Shown: positions 17,902 through 31,000 of the stretch, in pieces
Numbering within the stretch: position 1 is the stretch's first letter
Layout of the letters: each line of letters opens with the position of its first letter
Source: Fidelibacterota bacterium
GTDB lineage: Bacteria > Fidelibacterota > Marinisomatia > Marinisomatales > TCS55
DNA length: 64,000 bases
Reading direction: 5' to 3'
NCBI GenBank assembly: GCA_046861385.1
Contig: JBHHTW010000001.1
Span: forward strand, 64,001 to 128,000
Program-made: the position numbers and the translations under genes
Notes under the pieces: generated by a model
What the model saw: only the letters and a program-made list of their open reading frames with translations
Databases searched by the model: none
Told to the model about the DNA's origin: nothing

Positions 17902-19278
17902 ATGGATATCCAATTCTACAACACTATGACAGGAAAAAAGGAAAAATTTATTCCTCTGAAGGAGGGAAAGGTTTCATTATATACTTGCGGACCGACGGTT
18001 TACAATCATGCCCACATTGGAAATTTCCGAACCTTCCTTTTCGAAGACGTATTAAAGCGGTTTCTCATATTATCGGGTTATGACGTTCGTCACGTCATGA
18101 ACATTACTGATGTCGATGATAAGACTATCAATAAATCTATTAAGGAAAATATTACCCTTAGGGATTTGACAGATAAATACACGAAATATTTTATGGAAGA
18201 TTTTGAGACAATTAAAAATCTTCCCGCTGATTATTTTCCAAAGGCGACGGATCATGTAAAGGATATGATAGATATGATCCAATCCCTTATTAATAAAAGC
18301 CATGCGTATGTTGCGGATGATGGATCTGTTTATTTCTCGATAAAAACGTTTAAAGATTATGGGAAGATGTCAAATTTAGATTATGATAACCAATTTCAAA
18401 CCGATCGTGTTACTTCTGATGAATATTCTAAGGATAATCCGCAAGACTTTGCTTTGTGGAAATCGTGGAAAGAAGATGATGGAGATATTTTTTGGGATTC
18501 ACCCTGGGGTAAAGGTCGACCGGGGTGGCACATAGAATGTTCAGCAATGTCTACAAAATATCTTGGAAGCCATTTTGATATTCATTGTGGAGGAGTGGAC
18601 AATATTTTTCCTCACCACGAAAATGAAATTGCCCAAAGCCGTTGTTCATTAGAATCGCCTTTTGTTAATGTTTGGATGCATAGTGAGCATCTAAACCTGG
18701 AAGATGAAAAAATGAGTAAAAATTTAGGGAATGTAATATCAATACCCTCTTTGATTGAAAAAGGCCATACACCCGAAGCCATTCGGTTTGCACTAATTAG
18801 TAGTCATTATCGGTCGAAAGTAACATTTTCAGAATCAAAATTAATTGAATCAAAGAAAGCGGTTCATCGAATTAATGATGTCTATAATCGTTTAAAAAAT
18901 ATTCAAAAAACGAAACAATCTATTTCAAAACCATATAACGAATTTCTTGCAGCCTTAAGCGATGATTTGAATACGCCAAGAGCCCTTGGAATTCTTTTTT
19001 CATATATTAAAGATATAAACCGCTCACTTGATGAAAATGCACTTTCAAATGATCGTATTGCGAAAAGTATTTATTTTATAGAGTCCGCTGATAAAATATT
19101 TTCGTTTTTGACCCATGCAGACAAAATTCCGGAAGACATATCAAAATTAATGATGGAAAGGGAAGAAGCACGGAAGAATAGAGATTGGAAATTATCGGAT
19201 CAGATACGTCTTGAAATCGAAACAAAAGGATGGATTATAGAAGATAGACCCGACGGAAGCAGGTGTTTTAAAGCTTAA
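17902..19278 (+). CDS. cysS: Cysteine--tRNA ligase
   Basis: CGPTVY, HIGN, PGWHIECSAM, FPHHENE, KMSK. Confidence 0.97.
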   Translation: MDIQFYNTMTGKKEKFIPLKEGKVSLYTCGPTVYNHAHIGNFRTFLFEDVLKRFLILSGYDVRHVMNITDVDDKTINKSIKENITLRDLTDKYTKYFMEDFETIKNLPADYFPKATDHVKDMIDMIQSLINKSHAYVADDGSVYFSIKTFKDYGKMSNLDYDNQFQTDRVTSDEYSKDNPQDFALWKSWKEDDGDIFWDSPWGKGRPGWHIECSAMSTKYLGSHFDIHCGGVDNIFPHHENEIAQSRCSLESPFVNVWMHSEHLNLEDEKMSKNLGNVISIPSLIEKGHTPEAIRFALISSHYRSKVTFSESKLIESKKAVHRINDVYNRLKNIQKTKQSISKPYNEFLAALSDDLNTPRALGILFSYIKDINRSLDENALSNDRIAKSIYFIESADKIFSFLTHADKIPEDISKLMMEREEARKNRDWKLSDQIRLEIETKGWIIEDRPDGSRCFKA

Positions 19279-19467
19279 TCAAAACAGGTCTCTACAATAA
19301 TAGTATAAATTATTTATTTATTATGTAATTCTTTATTGCGGCTTATTTAATTTTATAATTAATTTTGGAGGCTTTACATTACCTGGAATTCGAATATTTA
19401 ATTTCCAAATATTATCGACGACCAGATGGAGTCGAATCGATTGATTCGAAAAATTAAAACCCGACTT

Positions 19468-19540
19468 GCCACCGTAGCTCAGTTGGTAGAGCAACTGATT
19501 TGTAATCAGTCGGTCGGGGGTTCGAGTCCCTTCGGTGGCT
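19468..19540 (+). tRNA. tRNA-Thr(TGT)
   Basis: Cloverleaf GCCACCG/CGGTGGC, anticodon arm ACTGA-TTTGTAA-TCAGT, GTTCGA. Confidence 0.97.
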
Positions 19541-19572
19541 CACGCTTTTTAATAATGTGAAATAGTCTGTTG

Positions 19573-19655
19573 GGGGAGATGGCCGAGCGGTCAATGGCAG
19601 CAGACTGTAAATCTGCCGGCGTACGCCTACGGAGGTTCGAATCCTCCTCTCCCCA
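19573..19655 (+). tRNA. tRNA-Tyr(GTA)
   Basis: GGGGAGA/TCTCCCC, GCAGA-CTGTAAA-TCTGC, long variable arm. Confidence 0.97.
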
Positions 19656-19664
19656 CAACATTAT

Positions 19665-19737
19665 GCGGGTGTAGCTCAGTTGGTAGAGCATCAGCCTTCC
19701 AAGCTGAGGGTCGAGAGTTCGAATCTCTTCGCCCGCT
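19665..19737 (+). tRNA. tRNA-Gly(TCC)
   Basis: GCGGGTG/CGCCCGC, TCAGC-CTTCCAA-GCTGA. Confidence 0.97.
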
Positions 19738-19781
19738 CATACTGGATGAGAAGTCTGTTGTGAGCACTTGGCAAGTTTTAT

Positions 19782-19854
<73 letters not shown>

Positions 19855-19901
19855 CAATGTAAAGCGGTAATTGAATAATTAAACACTAAGGAGATCGAGA
19901 G

Positions 19902-21092
19902 ATGTCTAAGGCAAAATTCGAGCGAACAAAACCACATGTAAATATAGGAACGATCGGTCACGTCGATCATGGCAAGACGACGTTGACGGCTGCGATCACT
20001 CTGGTACAGTCGGCCAGGGGAATGGCAGAGACACGTTCATTTGATAGTATAGATAACGCTCCGGAAGAGCGTGAGCGAGGGATCACCATTCAGACAGCTC
20101 ATGTGGAGTATGAGACGGAAAAGCGTCATTATGCACATGTAGACTGTCCGGGTCACGCGGATTACATTAAGAATATGATCACCGGAGCCGCGCAGATGGA
20201 TGGGGCGATATTGGTTGTGAGCGCAGCGGATGGTCCGATGCCTCAGACGCGAGAGCATGTATTATTGGCTCGTCAGGTAAATGTGCCCAGTTTGGTAATA
20301 TTTATGAATAAGACAGATCAGGTAGATGATCCTGAGTTATTAGAGTTAGTGGAGATGGAATTGAGGGATTTATTGAATGAGTATGAGTTTCCCGGTGATG
20401 ATACGCCGATAATAATGGGAAGCGCACTGAACGCATTGAGTAATCCAGGAGATGAAGAAGCGAATAAATGTGTTGTTGAGTTGATGGAAGCCTGTGATAG
20501 TTTTATACCGGATCCTACCCGAGACGTAGACAGGCCCTTTTTAATGCCGGTGGAGGATGTATTTTCCATCACAGGTCGGGGTACGGTAGGGACTGGACGA
20601 ATTGAGCGAGGGATCGTAAAGGTAGGAGATGTAGTGGAAATGATAGGAATGGGTGAGCATAAGAAGACCACAGTGACGGGAGTAGAGATGTTCAGGAAGT
20701 TGTTAGATGAAGGTCAGGCGGGAGATAATGCAGGTTTATTGCTTCGAGGAGTTGATAAGGAAGAGTTGAAGCGCGGGATGGTATTGGCAGCTCCGGGTTC
20801 CATTACACCTCATACAAAGTTTAAGGCGAATGTATATGTATTGAAGAAGGAAGAAGGTGGTCGTCACACGCCATTTTTCAATGGATATCGTCCGCAGTTT
20901 TATTTTAGGACCACGGATGTAACGGGAGTGGTGACGCTGCCGGCAGGAACAGAGATGGTTATGCCGGGAGACAATATTGTGATGGATGTGGAGATGATTA
21001 CTTCGATAGCGATGGATAAGGAGCTGCGTTTTGCAATTCGCGAAGGCGGCCGGACTGTAGGTGCTGGAGTTGTAACGGAGATTGTTGAGTAA
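19902..21092 (+). CDS. tuf: Elongation factor Tu (copy 1)
   Basis: [30 protein letters not shown]. Confidence 0.99.
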   Translation: MSKAKFERTKPHVNIGTIGHVDHGKTTLTAAITLVQSARGMAETRSFDSIDNAPEERERGITIQTAHVEYETEKRHYAHVDCPGHADYIKNMITGAAQMDGAILVVSAADGPMPQTREHVLLARQVNVPSLVIFMNKTDQVDDPELLELVEMELRDLLNEYEFPGDDTPIIMGSALNALSNPGDEEANKCVVELMEACDSFIPDPTRDVDRPFLMPVEDVFSITGRGTVGTGRIERGIVKVGDVVEMIGMGEHKKTTVTGVEMFRKLLDEGQAGDNAGLLLRGVDKEELKRGMVLAAPGSITPHTKFKANVYVLKKEEGGRHTPFFNGYRPQFYFRTTDVTGVVTLPAGTEMVMPGDNIVMDVEMITSIAMDKELRFAIREGGRTVGAGVVTEIVE

Positions 21093-21095
21093 GTC

Positions 21096-21260
21096 ATGGC
21101 TGGTAACAGTAAGAGAGACATAATACAAATTGAAAGTACTGCTGGTACCGGATACCGCTATACGGTGACGAAAAGCAGGCGCTTGCATCCGGATCGTGTG
21201 GAATATAAAAAATATGATCCGATTGTTCGCAAGCATGTTGTTTTTAAAGAAACAAAATAA
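21096..21260 (+). CDS. rpmG: 50S ribosomal protein L33 (not in ORF track)
   Basis: Translates [54 protein letters not shown]. Confidence 0.95.
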   Translation: MAGNSKRDIIQIESTAGTGYRYTVTKSRRLHPDRVEYKKYDPIVRKHVVFKETK

Positions 21261-21298
21261 CTGACACGGCGCTAGTGAAACATTTAATTACTCAGAAT

Positions 21299-21374
21299 AG
21301 GAGTGTAGCTCAATTGGTAGAGCACCGGTCTCCAAAACCGGGGGTTGAGGGTTCAATTCCTTCCACTCCTGCCA
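21299..21374 (+). tRNA. tRNA-Trp(CCA)
   Basis: AGGAGTG/CACTCCT, CCGGT-CTCCAAA-ACCGG, encoded 3' CCA. Confidence 0.97.
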
Positions 21375-21404
21375 AATAGACATTGTTCTTTTAAAAAGGA
21401 ATAT

Positions 21405-21587
21405 ATGATAAAGAAAACACAAAAGTTTTTTAGTGAAGTACAGGTAGAAATGAAGAAGGTTTCCTGGCCAACATGGGATGAGTTAAAAGGCTCTACTTAT
21501 GTGGTCATTGGGCTTTCTTTGTTAATCGGTGTTTTTCTGTTTTTCATCGACATTATTCTTTCAAGAGTTATGAGTATAATCCTTTAG
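21405..21587 (+). CDS. secE: Preprotein translocase SecE
   Basis: EMKKVSWPT..EL plus single TM; ATG at 21405 after AAGGA (ORF-track start overlaps tRNA). Confidence 0.95.
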   Translation: MIKKTQKFFSEVQVEMKKVSWPTWDELKGSTYVVIGLSLLIGVFLFFIDIILSRVMSIIL

Positions 21588-21588
21588 T

Positions 21589-22116
21589 ATGGAATGGTAC
21601 ACGATAAGAGTGATTTCCGGAAAGGAACGGAAGATTCGAGAAAATATTTTGTATGAAGTCGAATTGGCTAATATGCAGGATGATGTACAAGAAATTTTGG
21701 TTCCTTCTGAAAATATTATTGAAATGAAAGACGGGAAAAAGAGGGTTCGTAATAAAGTTTTTTTCCCTGGATATTTATTAGTGCAAATGAATTTGAATAA
21801 AGAATCCCGTTATTTGATTGAAAATACGACAGGTGTAATGAATTATGTCGGTCCGCACAATGAGCCGGAACCTGTTAAGTCAGAAGAGATTAATCGTATT
21901 ATTGGTGTTGTAGAAAGTGGAGAAGCCAGAGAATTAAATAAAACGCCTTATCGGGTTGGAGATCATGTTAAAGTGACGGATGGTCCTTTTATGGATTTTT
22001 CGGGTTTTGTACAGGAAATCAACGAGGATAAGCAGAAATTAAAGGTGTCAGTAAGTATTTTTGGTCGCCCAACTCCTGTAGAGTTGAATTATTTACAAAT
22101 TGAACTTGAAAAATAG
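21589..22116 (+). CDS. nusG: Transcription factor NusG
   Basis: WY.I.V.SG.E, FPGYLLV, KOW DGPF.DF.G, IFGRPTPVEL. Confidence 0.97.
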   Translation: MEWYTIRVISGKERKIRENILYEVELANMQDDVQEILVPSENIIEMKDGKKRVRNKVFFPGYLLVQMNLNKESRYLIENTTGVMNYVGPHNEPEPVKSEEINRIIGVVESGEARELNKTPYRVGDHVKVTDGPFMDFSGFVQEINEDKQKLKVSVSIFGRPTPVELNYLQIELEK

Positions 22117-22129
22117 GTATTAACTCAAA

Positions 22130-22549
22130 ATGGCAAAAAAAGAAATAGGATTTATTAAATTACAAATACCAGCCGGTCAAGCAAATCCTGCGCCACCAGT
22201 TGGACCTGCTTTGGGTCAGCATGGTGTAAATATTATGGAATTTTGCAATGCATTTAACGCAGCAACTAAAGAACAAATGGGGACGATTATTCCGGTTGAA
22301 ATTACTGTCTTTGTCGATCGAAGTTTTTCATTTATTACCAAAACTCCTCCGGCTGCAGTGTTGCTAAAGAAATCAGCAAATATTCAAAAAGGTTCCAGTG
22401 AACCAAACCGTGATAAGGTCGGTAAAGTGACCGAACAAGATTTAAGAGAAATTGCTGAAATTAAAATGCCGGATCTCAATGCCAATACGATTGAGCAGGC
22501 AGTAGAAATGATTAGAGGAACAGCAAGAAGCATGGGGCTTGAGGTTTAA
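22130..22549 (+). CDS. rplK: 50S ribosomal protein L11
   Basis: [13 protein letters not shown]. Confidence 0.98.
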   Translation: MAKKEIGFIKLQIPAGQANPAPPVGPALGQHGVNIMEFCNAFNAATKEQMGTIIPVEITVFVDRSFSFITKTPPAAVLLKKSANIQKGSSEPNRDKVGKVTEQDLREIAEIKMPDLNANTIEQAVEMIRGTARSMGLEV

Positions 22550-22551
22550 GT

Positions 22552-23244
22552 ATGATGAAAATTTCAAAACAAAAACGTGTAGCTTTGGAACGCATTGATC
22601 GTACAAAAGAATATTCCATTGATGATGCGCTGGCTTTGGTGAACGAATTAGCGCAGGTAAAATTTGATGAAACCATTGATGTTTCAATGAACTTAGGTGT
22701 TGACCCAAGACACGCCGAGGAAAATATTCGTGTCACAACGAGTCTTCCCCATGGTACCGGTAAGGATGTAAGGGTATTGGTACTCACCCGCGGTCCAAAA
22801 GAAAAAGAGGCTCATGAAGCAGGCGCTGATTTTGTTGGAAATGATGATTTTATAGAAAAAATTAAAGGCGGCTGGTCAAATATTGACAAAATTATTGCCA
22901 CCCCAGACATGATGGCTGGACTTGGAAAGTTGGGAAAAATTTTAGGACCCAAAGGTCTAATGCCAAACCCCAAAAGCGGTACGGTAACAATGGATGTTGG
23001 AAAAGCCGTAAAAGAAATAAAAACTGGTAAAGTTGAATTACGTGTAGAAAAAAATGGAATTATTCATACAGTGTGTGGCAAGGCATCTTTCGATAAAGAA
23101 AAATTAAAAGAAAATATAAAAGCGATTTATGACACCGTAATTAAAGAGAAGCCTGCATCCGTCAAGGGAACATATTTCAAAAAAATGACTATCTCATCGA
23201 CTATGGGTCCGGGTATTAAAGTCGATATAACAACGTTAAGGTAG
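22552..23244 (+). CDS. rplA: 50S ribosomal protein L1
   Basis: [27 protein letters not shown]. Confidence 0.98.
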   Translation: MMKISKQKRVALERIDRTKEYSIDDALALVNELAQVKFDETIDVSMNLGVDPRHAEENIRVTTSLPHGTGKDVRVLVLTRGPKEKEAHEAGADFVGNDDFIEKIKGGWSNIDKIIATPDMMAGLGKLGKILGPKGLMPNPKSGTVTMDVGKAVKEIKTGKVELRVEKNGIIHTVCGKASFDKEKLKENIKAIYDTVIKEKPASVKGTYFKKMTISSTMGPGIKVDITTLR

Positions 23245-23248
23245 AAAG

Positions 23249-23767
23249 ATGCCAAATTCAAAAAATATTGAATCACTAAAAATACTCAAGGATAAACTTG
23301 GTCGTGCAAAGGCGATATATTTTACAGATTATCAGGGATTAGATGTATCCAGTATTACTGACTTAAGAGGTCAATTTTTTAAGGCAGATGTGGAATATAC
23401 AGTCGCTAAAAACACAATTATTAAAATTGCTGCTGAAGAAAATAAAATTGAAGGTCTCAATGAAGTATTAGCTGGCCCAACGGCCCTCGCAATTTCATAT
23501 GATGAGCCCACCAGTCCAGCAAAGGTGATTAAGTTATTTGCAAAGAAACATGATAAGCCGGACGTAAAAGGAATTCTGTTTGAAGGAGCTATCCTTCCTG
23601 GGGATGAATTTAAACGAATTGCCAATTTACCAAGTAAACCAGAATTATTATCACAGCTTGCTTCAATGCTGCAAAGTCCTATGACCAAATTGGTTGGAAC
23701 TTTGAATGCGCCGATGCTGAATATCGTCAATGTGTTAAAAAGTCTAAATGAACAAAAATCTGAGTAA
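23249..23767 (+). CDS. rplJ: 50S ribosomal protein L10
   Basis: DYQGL, VAKNT, LPSK.ELL; position. Confidence 0.96.
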   Translation: MPNSKNIESLKILKDKLGRAKAIYFTDYQGLDVSSITDLRGQFFKADVEYTVAKNTIIKIAAEENKIEGLNEVLAGPTALAISYDEPTSPAKVIKLFAKKHDKPDVKGILFEGAILPGDEFKRIANLPSKPELLSQLASMLQSPMTKLVGTLNAPMLNIVNVLKSLNEQKSE

Positions 23768-23789
23768 TAAATAAAAGGAGTGAAACAAC

Positions 23790-24170
23790 ATGGCTGAAGT
23801 TAAAAGAGCCGATGTGCTAAATTACCTTGAATCTGCAAACATGATGGAAATTTCTGATCTGATATCAGAAATAGAAGAGAAGTTTGGTGTGACCGCTGCT
23901 GCTCCAGTAGCTATTGCGGCTGCGCCTGCAGCCGGTGATGGTGAAGCCGCAGAAGTAAAAGATTCTTTCGATGTCGTTATTACCGAAGTAGGACAATCTA
24001 AGATTAGTGTTATTAAAGTTGTCCGAGCTGTTACAGATCTCGGTTTAAAAGAAGCCAAAGAATTGGTTGATTCTGCCCCAAAGGCAGTTAAAGAGGGTGT
24101 TGCGCAAGCTGAAGCTGATGAATTAAAAGCGAAACTTGAAGAAGCCGGCGCAACTATCGAGTTGAAATAA
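23790..24170 (+). CDS. rplL: 50S ribosomal protein L7/L12
   Basis: [30 protein letters not shown]. Confidence 0.98.
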   Translation: MAEVKRADVLNYLESANMMEISDLISEIEEKFGVTAAAPVAIAAAPAAGDGEAAEVKDSFDVVITEVGQSKISVIKVVRAVTDLGLKEAKELVDSAPKAVKEGVAQAEADELKAKLEEAGATIELK

Positions 24171-24229
24171 ATTATCTTATACGATAATCTATTCACATCG
24201 TGTTTTCAACCGTAACAAAGGAGGCTTAA

Positions 24230-27200
24230 TTGGGAGCCACGCATAAAAGTACGTCCAGTAGAAAATCATTCTCTAAAATATCATCTGTTGTGGATATGCC
24301 GGATCTTCTGGCGCTGCAAAAAGATTCATTTCAGGAATTCTTACAAGAAAATGTTCCCGAAGATGAACGCTTGCCCATCGGGCTAGAAGGTGTTTTTCGA
24401 AATGTTTTTCCTTTAGAAGATACCCATCGAAACTATGTTCTGGAATTCAGTAATTATTTTCTTGGTTTACCGAAGTATACGCCAGGTGAATGCATTGACA
24501 GAGGAGTAACATATTCCCTTCCTTTAAAGGTTCGATTAGTTCTGCATATAACAGACGAAGAGGATAAAAATAAGTTTGCACAATCCATTGAACAGGAAGT
24601 GTATTTTGGGAATATCCCTTACATGACGGATAAAGGTACATTCGTTATTAATGGGGCTGAGCGAGTGATTGTTTCACAGTTACAGCGGTCGCCCGGTGTT
24701 TTCTTTGATGAAAGTATTCATCCAAATGGAACGAAATTGTTTCAAGCGCGGATTATTCCCTTTAGAGGATCGTGGGTAGATTTTACAACCGATATAAATG
24801 ATTGTCTTTTTGCAATTATTGACCGCCGTAGAAAGTTTCCGGTTACGATGCTTTTACGTGCATTGGGTTTTTCAACTAATAAAGACATTTATGAAGCATT
24901 CGGGTCGATCAAAACGTTTGGTCTTTCAGATAAGAATATTGATGACGCTTTAGGATTTACGCTTGTAGAGGACATGGTTGATGAGCTGACTGGTGAAATT
25001 TTTTATGAAGGCGGCGTTGAAGTCACCGCAGAAGTTGTGGATACGTTAAAAGAAGCCGGTATTAAATCCATTAACGTTGTGGATGGTAATAAGAGCTTCG
25101 CCTCTATGCTGTTGATGAATACAATGCAGAAAGACCCGACACGAAATACAGAACAAGCCTTGAGTGTTTTATACCAATTATTACGTTCAGGGGATCCTCC
25201 AAATCTTGAAACAGCTCAAAAATTTATAGAGCGAATATTTTTCAGTCCCAAAAAATATGATTTGGGTCAAGTCGGACGATACCGCTTAAACCAACAGTTT
25301 GATCTGAATGTTCCGGTTGAAAACACTGTTTTGACTATGGATGACATTATTCAGGTGTTGTTATTTCTCATTGAAATGCGTAAAGGCGAACGTGGGCCTG
25401 ATGATATTGATCATTTGGGCAATCGTCGTGTCAAAACTATCGGAGAACAGCTCACAAATCAATTCAGCGTCGCATTAAGTCGAATGTTGCGTACCATCTT
25501 CGAGCGTATGAATCTTAGAGAACAGGAATCAATCACTCCTCAAGATTTAATAAACTCTCGCGTAGTTACTACGGTAATTAATACTTTCTTCGGAACGAGT
25601 CAATTGTCTCAATTCGGTGATCAAACTAATCCCTTAGCGGAAATAACACATAAACGTCGTATTTCATCTCTTGGCCCCGGTGGTTTGACAAGAGAAAGAG
25701 CAGGTTTTGAAGTCCGAGATGTACACTATACTCATTATGGTCGTTTGTGTCCCATCGAAACACCTGAAGGTCCAAATATTGGATTAATATCTTCGCTGGC
25801 ATTATTTGCAATCGTAAATAACCATGGATTTATTGAAGCTCCATACCGGTTTCTAAAAAAACAAGGTAAAAATTCAATTGCGACTAATAAAGTAAAATAC
25901 TTATCAGCTGATGATGAAGATCGCGTTATGGTTGCTCAGGCCAATGCCAAAATGGATAAGAATAATCGTTTGACAGACGACGTTATCCGCGGTCGGATTC
26001 GAGGTGATTTTCCGATGGTTGAACCTGGCGAAGTGGATTATATGGATGTTTCACCAAACCAGATTTTAAGTGTCGCAGCTGCTTTAATTCCATTTTTAGA
26101 ACATGATGATGCTAACCGGGCACTAATGGGGTCTAACATGCAACGGCAATCTGTACCATTGATGAAGCCGACAGCTCCGATTGTTGGAACAGGTTTGGAA
26201 AGTAAAGTTGCAAGAGATTCCAGAACTTGCATATCATCACCAGTGGATGGAGTTGTTGAATATGTAGATTCTGAGAAAATCATCATCAGATCCACTGAGG
26301 TTCCTGATGAATTGGCATTGACTGAACATACCAATTTAATTGAAGTCAAATTGCATAAATATCATAGAACAAACCAAAATACCTGCCATAATCAAAGACC
26401 GCTTGTATCTGTCAATCAGAAAATTAAAATGGGTGATGTAATTGCAGATGGGGCATCCAGTAATGGCGGTGAATTGGCTCTTGGCCAAAATGTCACAGTT
26501 GCTTTTATGCCATGGCGCGGCTATAATTTTGAAGATGCAATTGTTATCAGTGAACGCTTGGTTAAGGATGATATATATACGAGTATTCACGTAAATGAAA
26601 TTGAACTGGAGGTTCGTGACACAAAAAGAGGTGAAGAAGAATTAACAGCAGAAATTCCGAATGTAAGTGAAGATGCAACACGAGAACTTGATGAACGGGG
26701 GATCGTTCGTATTGGTGCTAAAGTAAAACCGGGAGACATTTTAATTGGAAAAGTCACTCCTAAAGGTGAGACAGATCCCACTCCTGAAGAAAAATTGCTT
26801 CGCGCTATTTTTGGCGAAAAAGCCGGCGAAGTAAAAGATGCGTCTAAGACAGCCGACCCTGGCATTAAAGGTGTTGTAATTAATACAAAGCTTTTTGAAA
26901 AGAAAAAGAAAATTTCTAAGAAAGAGCTAAAAGTATCCATCGTAGCTTTTCAAAGAGAAACAATGGCCAAGAAACAAGCCTTAAAACAGGCGAGAGATGA
27001 GAAATTAGTTGTTTTACTCAAAGGGCAAATTTCAAAAGGTATTCGGGATCGCGCAACTGGTAAAACTCTCATTAAAAAATCGACTAAACTTACTATTAAA
27101 CGTATTCGTTCTTTTGATTTAGAGAGATTTGCTCAAGATTCAGCTTGGGTTGAAGATGCAGATACTTGGAAAAAAATTAAAACCGTATGGCGTTCCTATC

Positions 27201-28006
27201 GAAAAGAATGGCAATCCATTGAGGATTATCTTGAGAGAGAAGTTTTTAAGCTTCGAGTAGGAGATGAGCTTCAACCCGGTATTCTACAATTGGCAAAAGT
27301 CTATGTTACCAGTAAACGTAAAATCCAAGTAGGAGATAAAATGGCTGGCCGACATGGAAATAAGGGTGTTGTAGCTACAATAGTACCCGAAGAAGATATG
27401 CCATTTATGGAAGATGGAACTCCCATAGATATCGTGTTGAATCCATTAGGCGTTCCTTCTCGTATGAACCTGGGGCAATTGTATGAAACAATGCTTGGTT
27501 GGGCTGGAGATATACTTGGGAAACGATATGAAACTGCTGCGTTTGATGGAGCATCGCCAGAAGATGTGGAATCCGAATTAAAAGAGGCTAATCTACCCAC
27601 AAGTGGAAAGATAACCTTGATTGATGGTCAGACCGGTGAAAAATTTGAAAATCCTGTAACTGTTGGAATGATTTATATGATGAAATTAAGCCATATGGTT
27701 GAGGATAAAATGCATGCTCGTTCCACAGGTCCGTATTCATTAATTACCCAACAACCGTTAGGTGGAAAAGCACAATTCGGCGGTCAACGATTTGGAGAAA
27801 TGGAATGTTGGGCATTGGAGGCTTATGGGGCCGCAAGCACTTTACAAGAAATTCTGACGGTAAAATCAGACGACGTAGAAGGGCGGTCTAAAGTGTATAA
27901 CGCTATCGTTCGTGGAGATGATTTACCTGAATTTGGCTCTCCGGAATCATTTAGTGTTCTGATTAAAGAGCTCCAAGGACTTGGTTTAGATATTGAACTT
28001 GATTAA
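24230..28006 (+). CDS. rpoB: RNA polymerase beta subunit
   Basis: [34 protein letters not shown] start with AAGGAGG. Confidence 0.99.
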   Translation: MGATHKSTSSRKSFSKISSVVDMPDLLALQKDSFQEFLQENVPEDERLPIGLEGVFRNVFPLEDTHRNYVLEFSNYFLGLPKYTPGECIDRGVTYSLPLKVRLVLHITDEEDKNKFAQSIEQEVYFGNIPYMTDKGTFVINGAERVIVSQLQRSPGVFFDESIHPNGTKLFQARIIPFRGSWVDFTTDINDCLFAIIDRRRKFPVTMLLRALGFSTNKDIYEAFGSIKTFGLSDKNIDDALGFTLVEDMVDELTGEIFYEGGVEVTAEVVDTLKEAGIKSINVVDGNKSFASMLLMNTMQKDPTRNTEQALSVLYQLLRSGDPPNLETAQKFIERIFFSPKKYDLGQVGRYRLNQQFDLNVPVENTVLTMDDIIQVLLFLIEMRKGERGPDDIDHLGNRRVKTIGEQLTNQFSVALSRMLRTIFERMNLREQESITPQDLINSRVVTTVINTFFGTSQLSQFGDQTNPLAEITHKRRISSLGPGGLTRERAGFEVRDVHYTHYGRLCPIETPEGPNIGLISSLALFAIVNNHGFIEAPYRFLKKQGKNSIATNKVKYLSADDEDRVMVAQANAKMDKNNRLTDDVIRGRIRGDFPMVEPGEVDYMDVSPNQILSVAAALIPFLEHDDANRALMGSNMQRQSVPLMKPTAPIVGTGLESKVARDSRTCISSPVDGVVEYVDSEKIIIRSTEVPDELALTEHTNLIEVKLHKYHRTNQNTCHNQRPLVSVNQKIKMGDVIADGASSNGGELALGQNVTVAFMPWRGYNFEDAIVISERLVKDDIYTSIHVNEIELEVRDTKRGEEELTAEIPNVSEDATRELDERGIVRIGAKVKPGDILIGKVTPKGETDPTPEEKLLRAIFGEKAGEVKDASKTADPGIKGVVINTKLFEKKKKISKKELKVSIVAFQRETMAKKQALKQARDEKLVVLLKGQISKGIRDRATGKTLIKKSTKLTIKRIRSFDLERFAQDSAWVEDADTWKKIKTVWRSYRKEWQSIEDYLEREVFKLRVGDELQPGILQLAKVYVTSKRKIQVGDKMAGRHGNKGVVATIVPEEDMPFMEDGTPIDIVLNPLGVPSRMNLGQLYETMLGWAGDILGKRYETAAFDGASPEDVESELKEANLPTSGKITLIDGQTGEKFENPVTVGMIYMMKLSHMVEDKMHARSTGPYSLITQQPLGGKAQFGGQRFGEMECWALEAYGAASTLQEILTVKSDDVEGRSKVYNAIVRGDDLPEFGSPESFSVLIKELQGLGLDIELD

Positions 28007-28020
28007 AGGGAGATAACGTT

Positions 28021-31000
28021 TTGACGTTCATTCAATCAACAAAAATCGATACATCGAAAAAATACAATTCTATCACTATTAGTCTATCGTCGCCGGAAAT
28101 GATTTTGACGCGATCCTATGGTGAAGTATTAAAACCCGAAACGATTAATTATCGTTCCTATAAACCAGAAAAAGATGGACTTTTCTGTGAAAAGATATTC
28201 GGTCCTGTGAAAGATTACGAATGCCATTGTGGGAAATATAAAGGTATCCGTTATCGCGGAATAATCTGCGATCGTTGTGGTGTTGAAGTAACACGTAAAA
28301 GAGTTCGCAGAGATCGAATGGGGCATATAACTCTTGCGGTTCCTGTCGTCCATATTTGGTATTTAAGATCAATTCCAAGCAAATTAAGCTATTTATTGGG
28401 GTTAAGTACAAAGAACCTTGAGAGAGTCATTTATTATGAAGTGTACTGCATCATCAACCCCGGTGCAAGCGGTCGGGAAGTCAATGAACTCATTGATGAA
28501 GATGAGTACTATGAATTAGATACGAAATATGGATTTTATGCTGTAACTGAAGAGGATCGTGATAATGACGACTATTTTCATGCAGCTATGGGCGGGGAAG
28601 CAATGCGTGACATGCTCGCTAATATTAATATGATTGAATTAAAGAACAATTTAATTGAAATCATCAATACATCTCGATCCAAACAGAAAAGGCAAGATGC
28701 ATTGAAACGACTGAAAGTTGTAAAAGCATTTTTGCCAACTGTCAATAAGAAAAAGCTGAACAATCCTGACTGGATGGTCATTTCTGTCCTTCCGGTAATG
28801 CCACCTGAATTAAGACCCTTGGTCCCATTGGACGGGGGTCGATTTGCTGCAAGTGATTCAAATGATCTTTATCGTAGAATTATTATTCGAAATAACCGTT
28901 TGAAGCAATTAATGGAGATAAAAGCTCCTGAGGTCATTTTGCGCAATGAAAAGCGCATGCTTCAAGAATCGGTGGACGCATTATTTGACAACAGTCGGCG
29001 AAAAACTGCTATTCGCTCGGGAACCCGAAGACCTTTAAAGTCAATTTCAGATATGCTTAGAGGGAAGACAGGTAGATTCCGTCAAAATCTTTTAGGTAAA
29101 CGTGTCGATTATTCCGGGCGATCAGTTATTGTTGTGGGACCGGATTTAATGTTGCACGAATGCGGGTTGCCAAAGAAAATGGCTTTGGAATTATTCAAAC
29201 CTCATATGATAAATGAATTGATGAAACGTGGTTTTGCTCAAACACCCCGCGGAGCAAAACTTATGATAGAAAACAGTGATGCGGTTGTCCTCAAAGTTTT
29301 GGAATATGTTGTTCAAGGACATCCTGTGTTGCTTAACCGTGCTCCTACTTTGCATCGATTGGGTATTCAAGCATTTCAACCAGTACTTGTTGATGGCAAA
29401 GCAATCAAAATTCATCCGCTGGTTTGTGCCGCATTTAATGCCGATTTCGATGGAGATCAGATGGCTGTCCATATTCCTCTTTCACTGCAAGCACAGATGG
29501 AGGCACGCGTATTAATGCTCTCTAGCCATAATATTCTTCATCCCGCAAATGGAAAGCCAATTGCCATTCCCTCCCAGGATATGGTTTTGGGCTGTCACTA
29601 TTTAACGCGACCCCGCGAAGGAATGAAAGGCGAAGGAAAAAGTTTTGGTTCCTTTCAGGAATTGTTAATGGCTTACGAAAATAGAGTCGTTGATTTGAAT
29701 GCAATAATTAACATTCGACATAAAGGAAGGTGGCATAAAAAAACGACTGTAGGCCGGGTTATGTTTAATTCGATTATGCCGGAAGAGCTTGAGTATTTTG
29801 ATGGTATAATTAGCAAAGTGACGCTGCAAAAAATTGTGAATGATTCATATCTGCTTGCCGGGAACTATAAAACAGTTCAATTTCTCGATAAGTTGAAAAA
29901 TCTTGGATTTGAAATTGCAACGAAAAGCGGCAGTTCAATTTCAATAAGCGATATATTAATTCCTGAGAAAAAACACAGTATTATTAATAGTGCATCAAAG
30001 GAAATAACCTCCATTCAAAATAAATATGACAGGCATGTATTAACAGAAGGTGAACGATATAATAAAGTAATAGATGTTTGGACACACGCTACCAATAAAG
30101 TAGCTGCAACTATGATGGATGAATTAAAAGAGGATTCACAGGGATTTAATCCTGTATTTATGATGGCGGATTCTGGAGCCCGTGGCAGCCAAGACCAAAT
30201 TAAGCAGTTGGCAGGCATGCGTGGTTTGATGGCGAAACCACAAAAATCAATGACCGGCAGTAAAGGTGAGATTATCGAATCACCCATTACATCTAATTTT
30301 AAAGAGGGCTTATCTGTTTTGGAGTATTTTATTTCAACTCATGGAGCTCGAAAAGGGTTAGCTGATACTGCTCTTAAAACTGCCGATGCGGGATATTTGA
30401 CAAGACGATTGGTTGATGTGGCTCAAGACGTCGTTATATATGAAGTAGATTGTGGTACAATCAACGGAATAACGATTTCTGATTTAAAAGAAGGTGAAGA
30501 AATAATTGAACCATTGGCAGACCGTGTGTTAGGGCGTACAATTGTAGATGACCTTATTTTAGAAGGTAAAACAAAAATCAAGAACGGACAGTTAATTACT
30601 GAAAAAGAAGCTGAACTGTTAGATAAATATAATATTGAAAGTATTCGGATTCGTTCTGTATTGACTTGTGAATCATCTCGTGGTGTTTGCGGAAAATGTT
30701 ATGGATGGAATTTATCGACTCATAATCCTGTTAATATCGGGACAGCAGTTGGAATTCAAGCAGCGCAAAGTATCGGAGAACCCGGGACCCAGCTAACGTT
30801 AAGGACATTCCATATTGGTGGAACAGCCACAAGAATAATCGAGCAGTCAGAAATGACTACTAAGTACGCCGGTGTAATTAAATATTCAAAAGGTATGGAA
30901 GTTGCGAAATTGGTTGATGAAGAAGGTATAACGAAAGTTCGCTGCATGGTTAGGCACGCAAAAATTATTGTAATAGATAAGGACGGAAAAGAATTAAACT

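Noticed and set aside
19432-19449. TCGAATC/GATTCGA palindrome before tRNA-Thr
   Set aside because: Short; cannot be assigned as att site, operator or processing signal
20736-21236. 166-aa antisense ORF and similar antisense ORFs across tuf, rpo, ribosomal and pnt genes
   Set aside because: Shadows of conserved genes on the opposite strand
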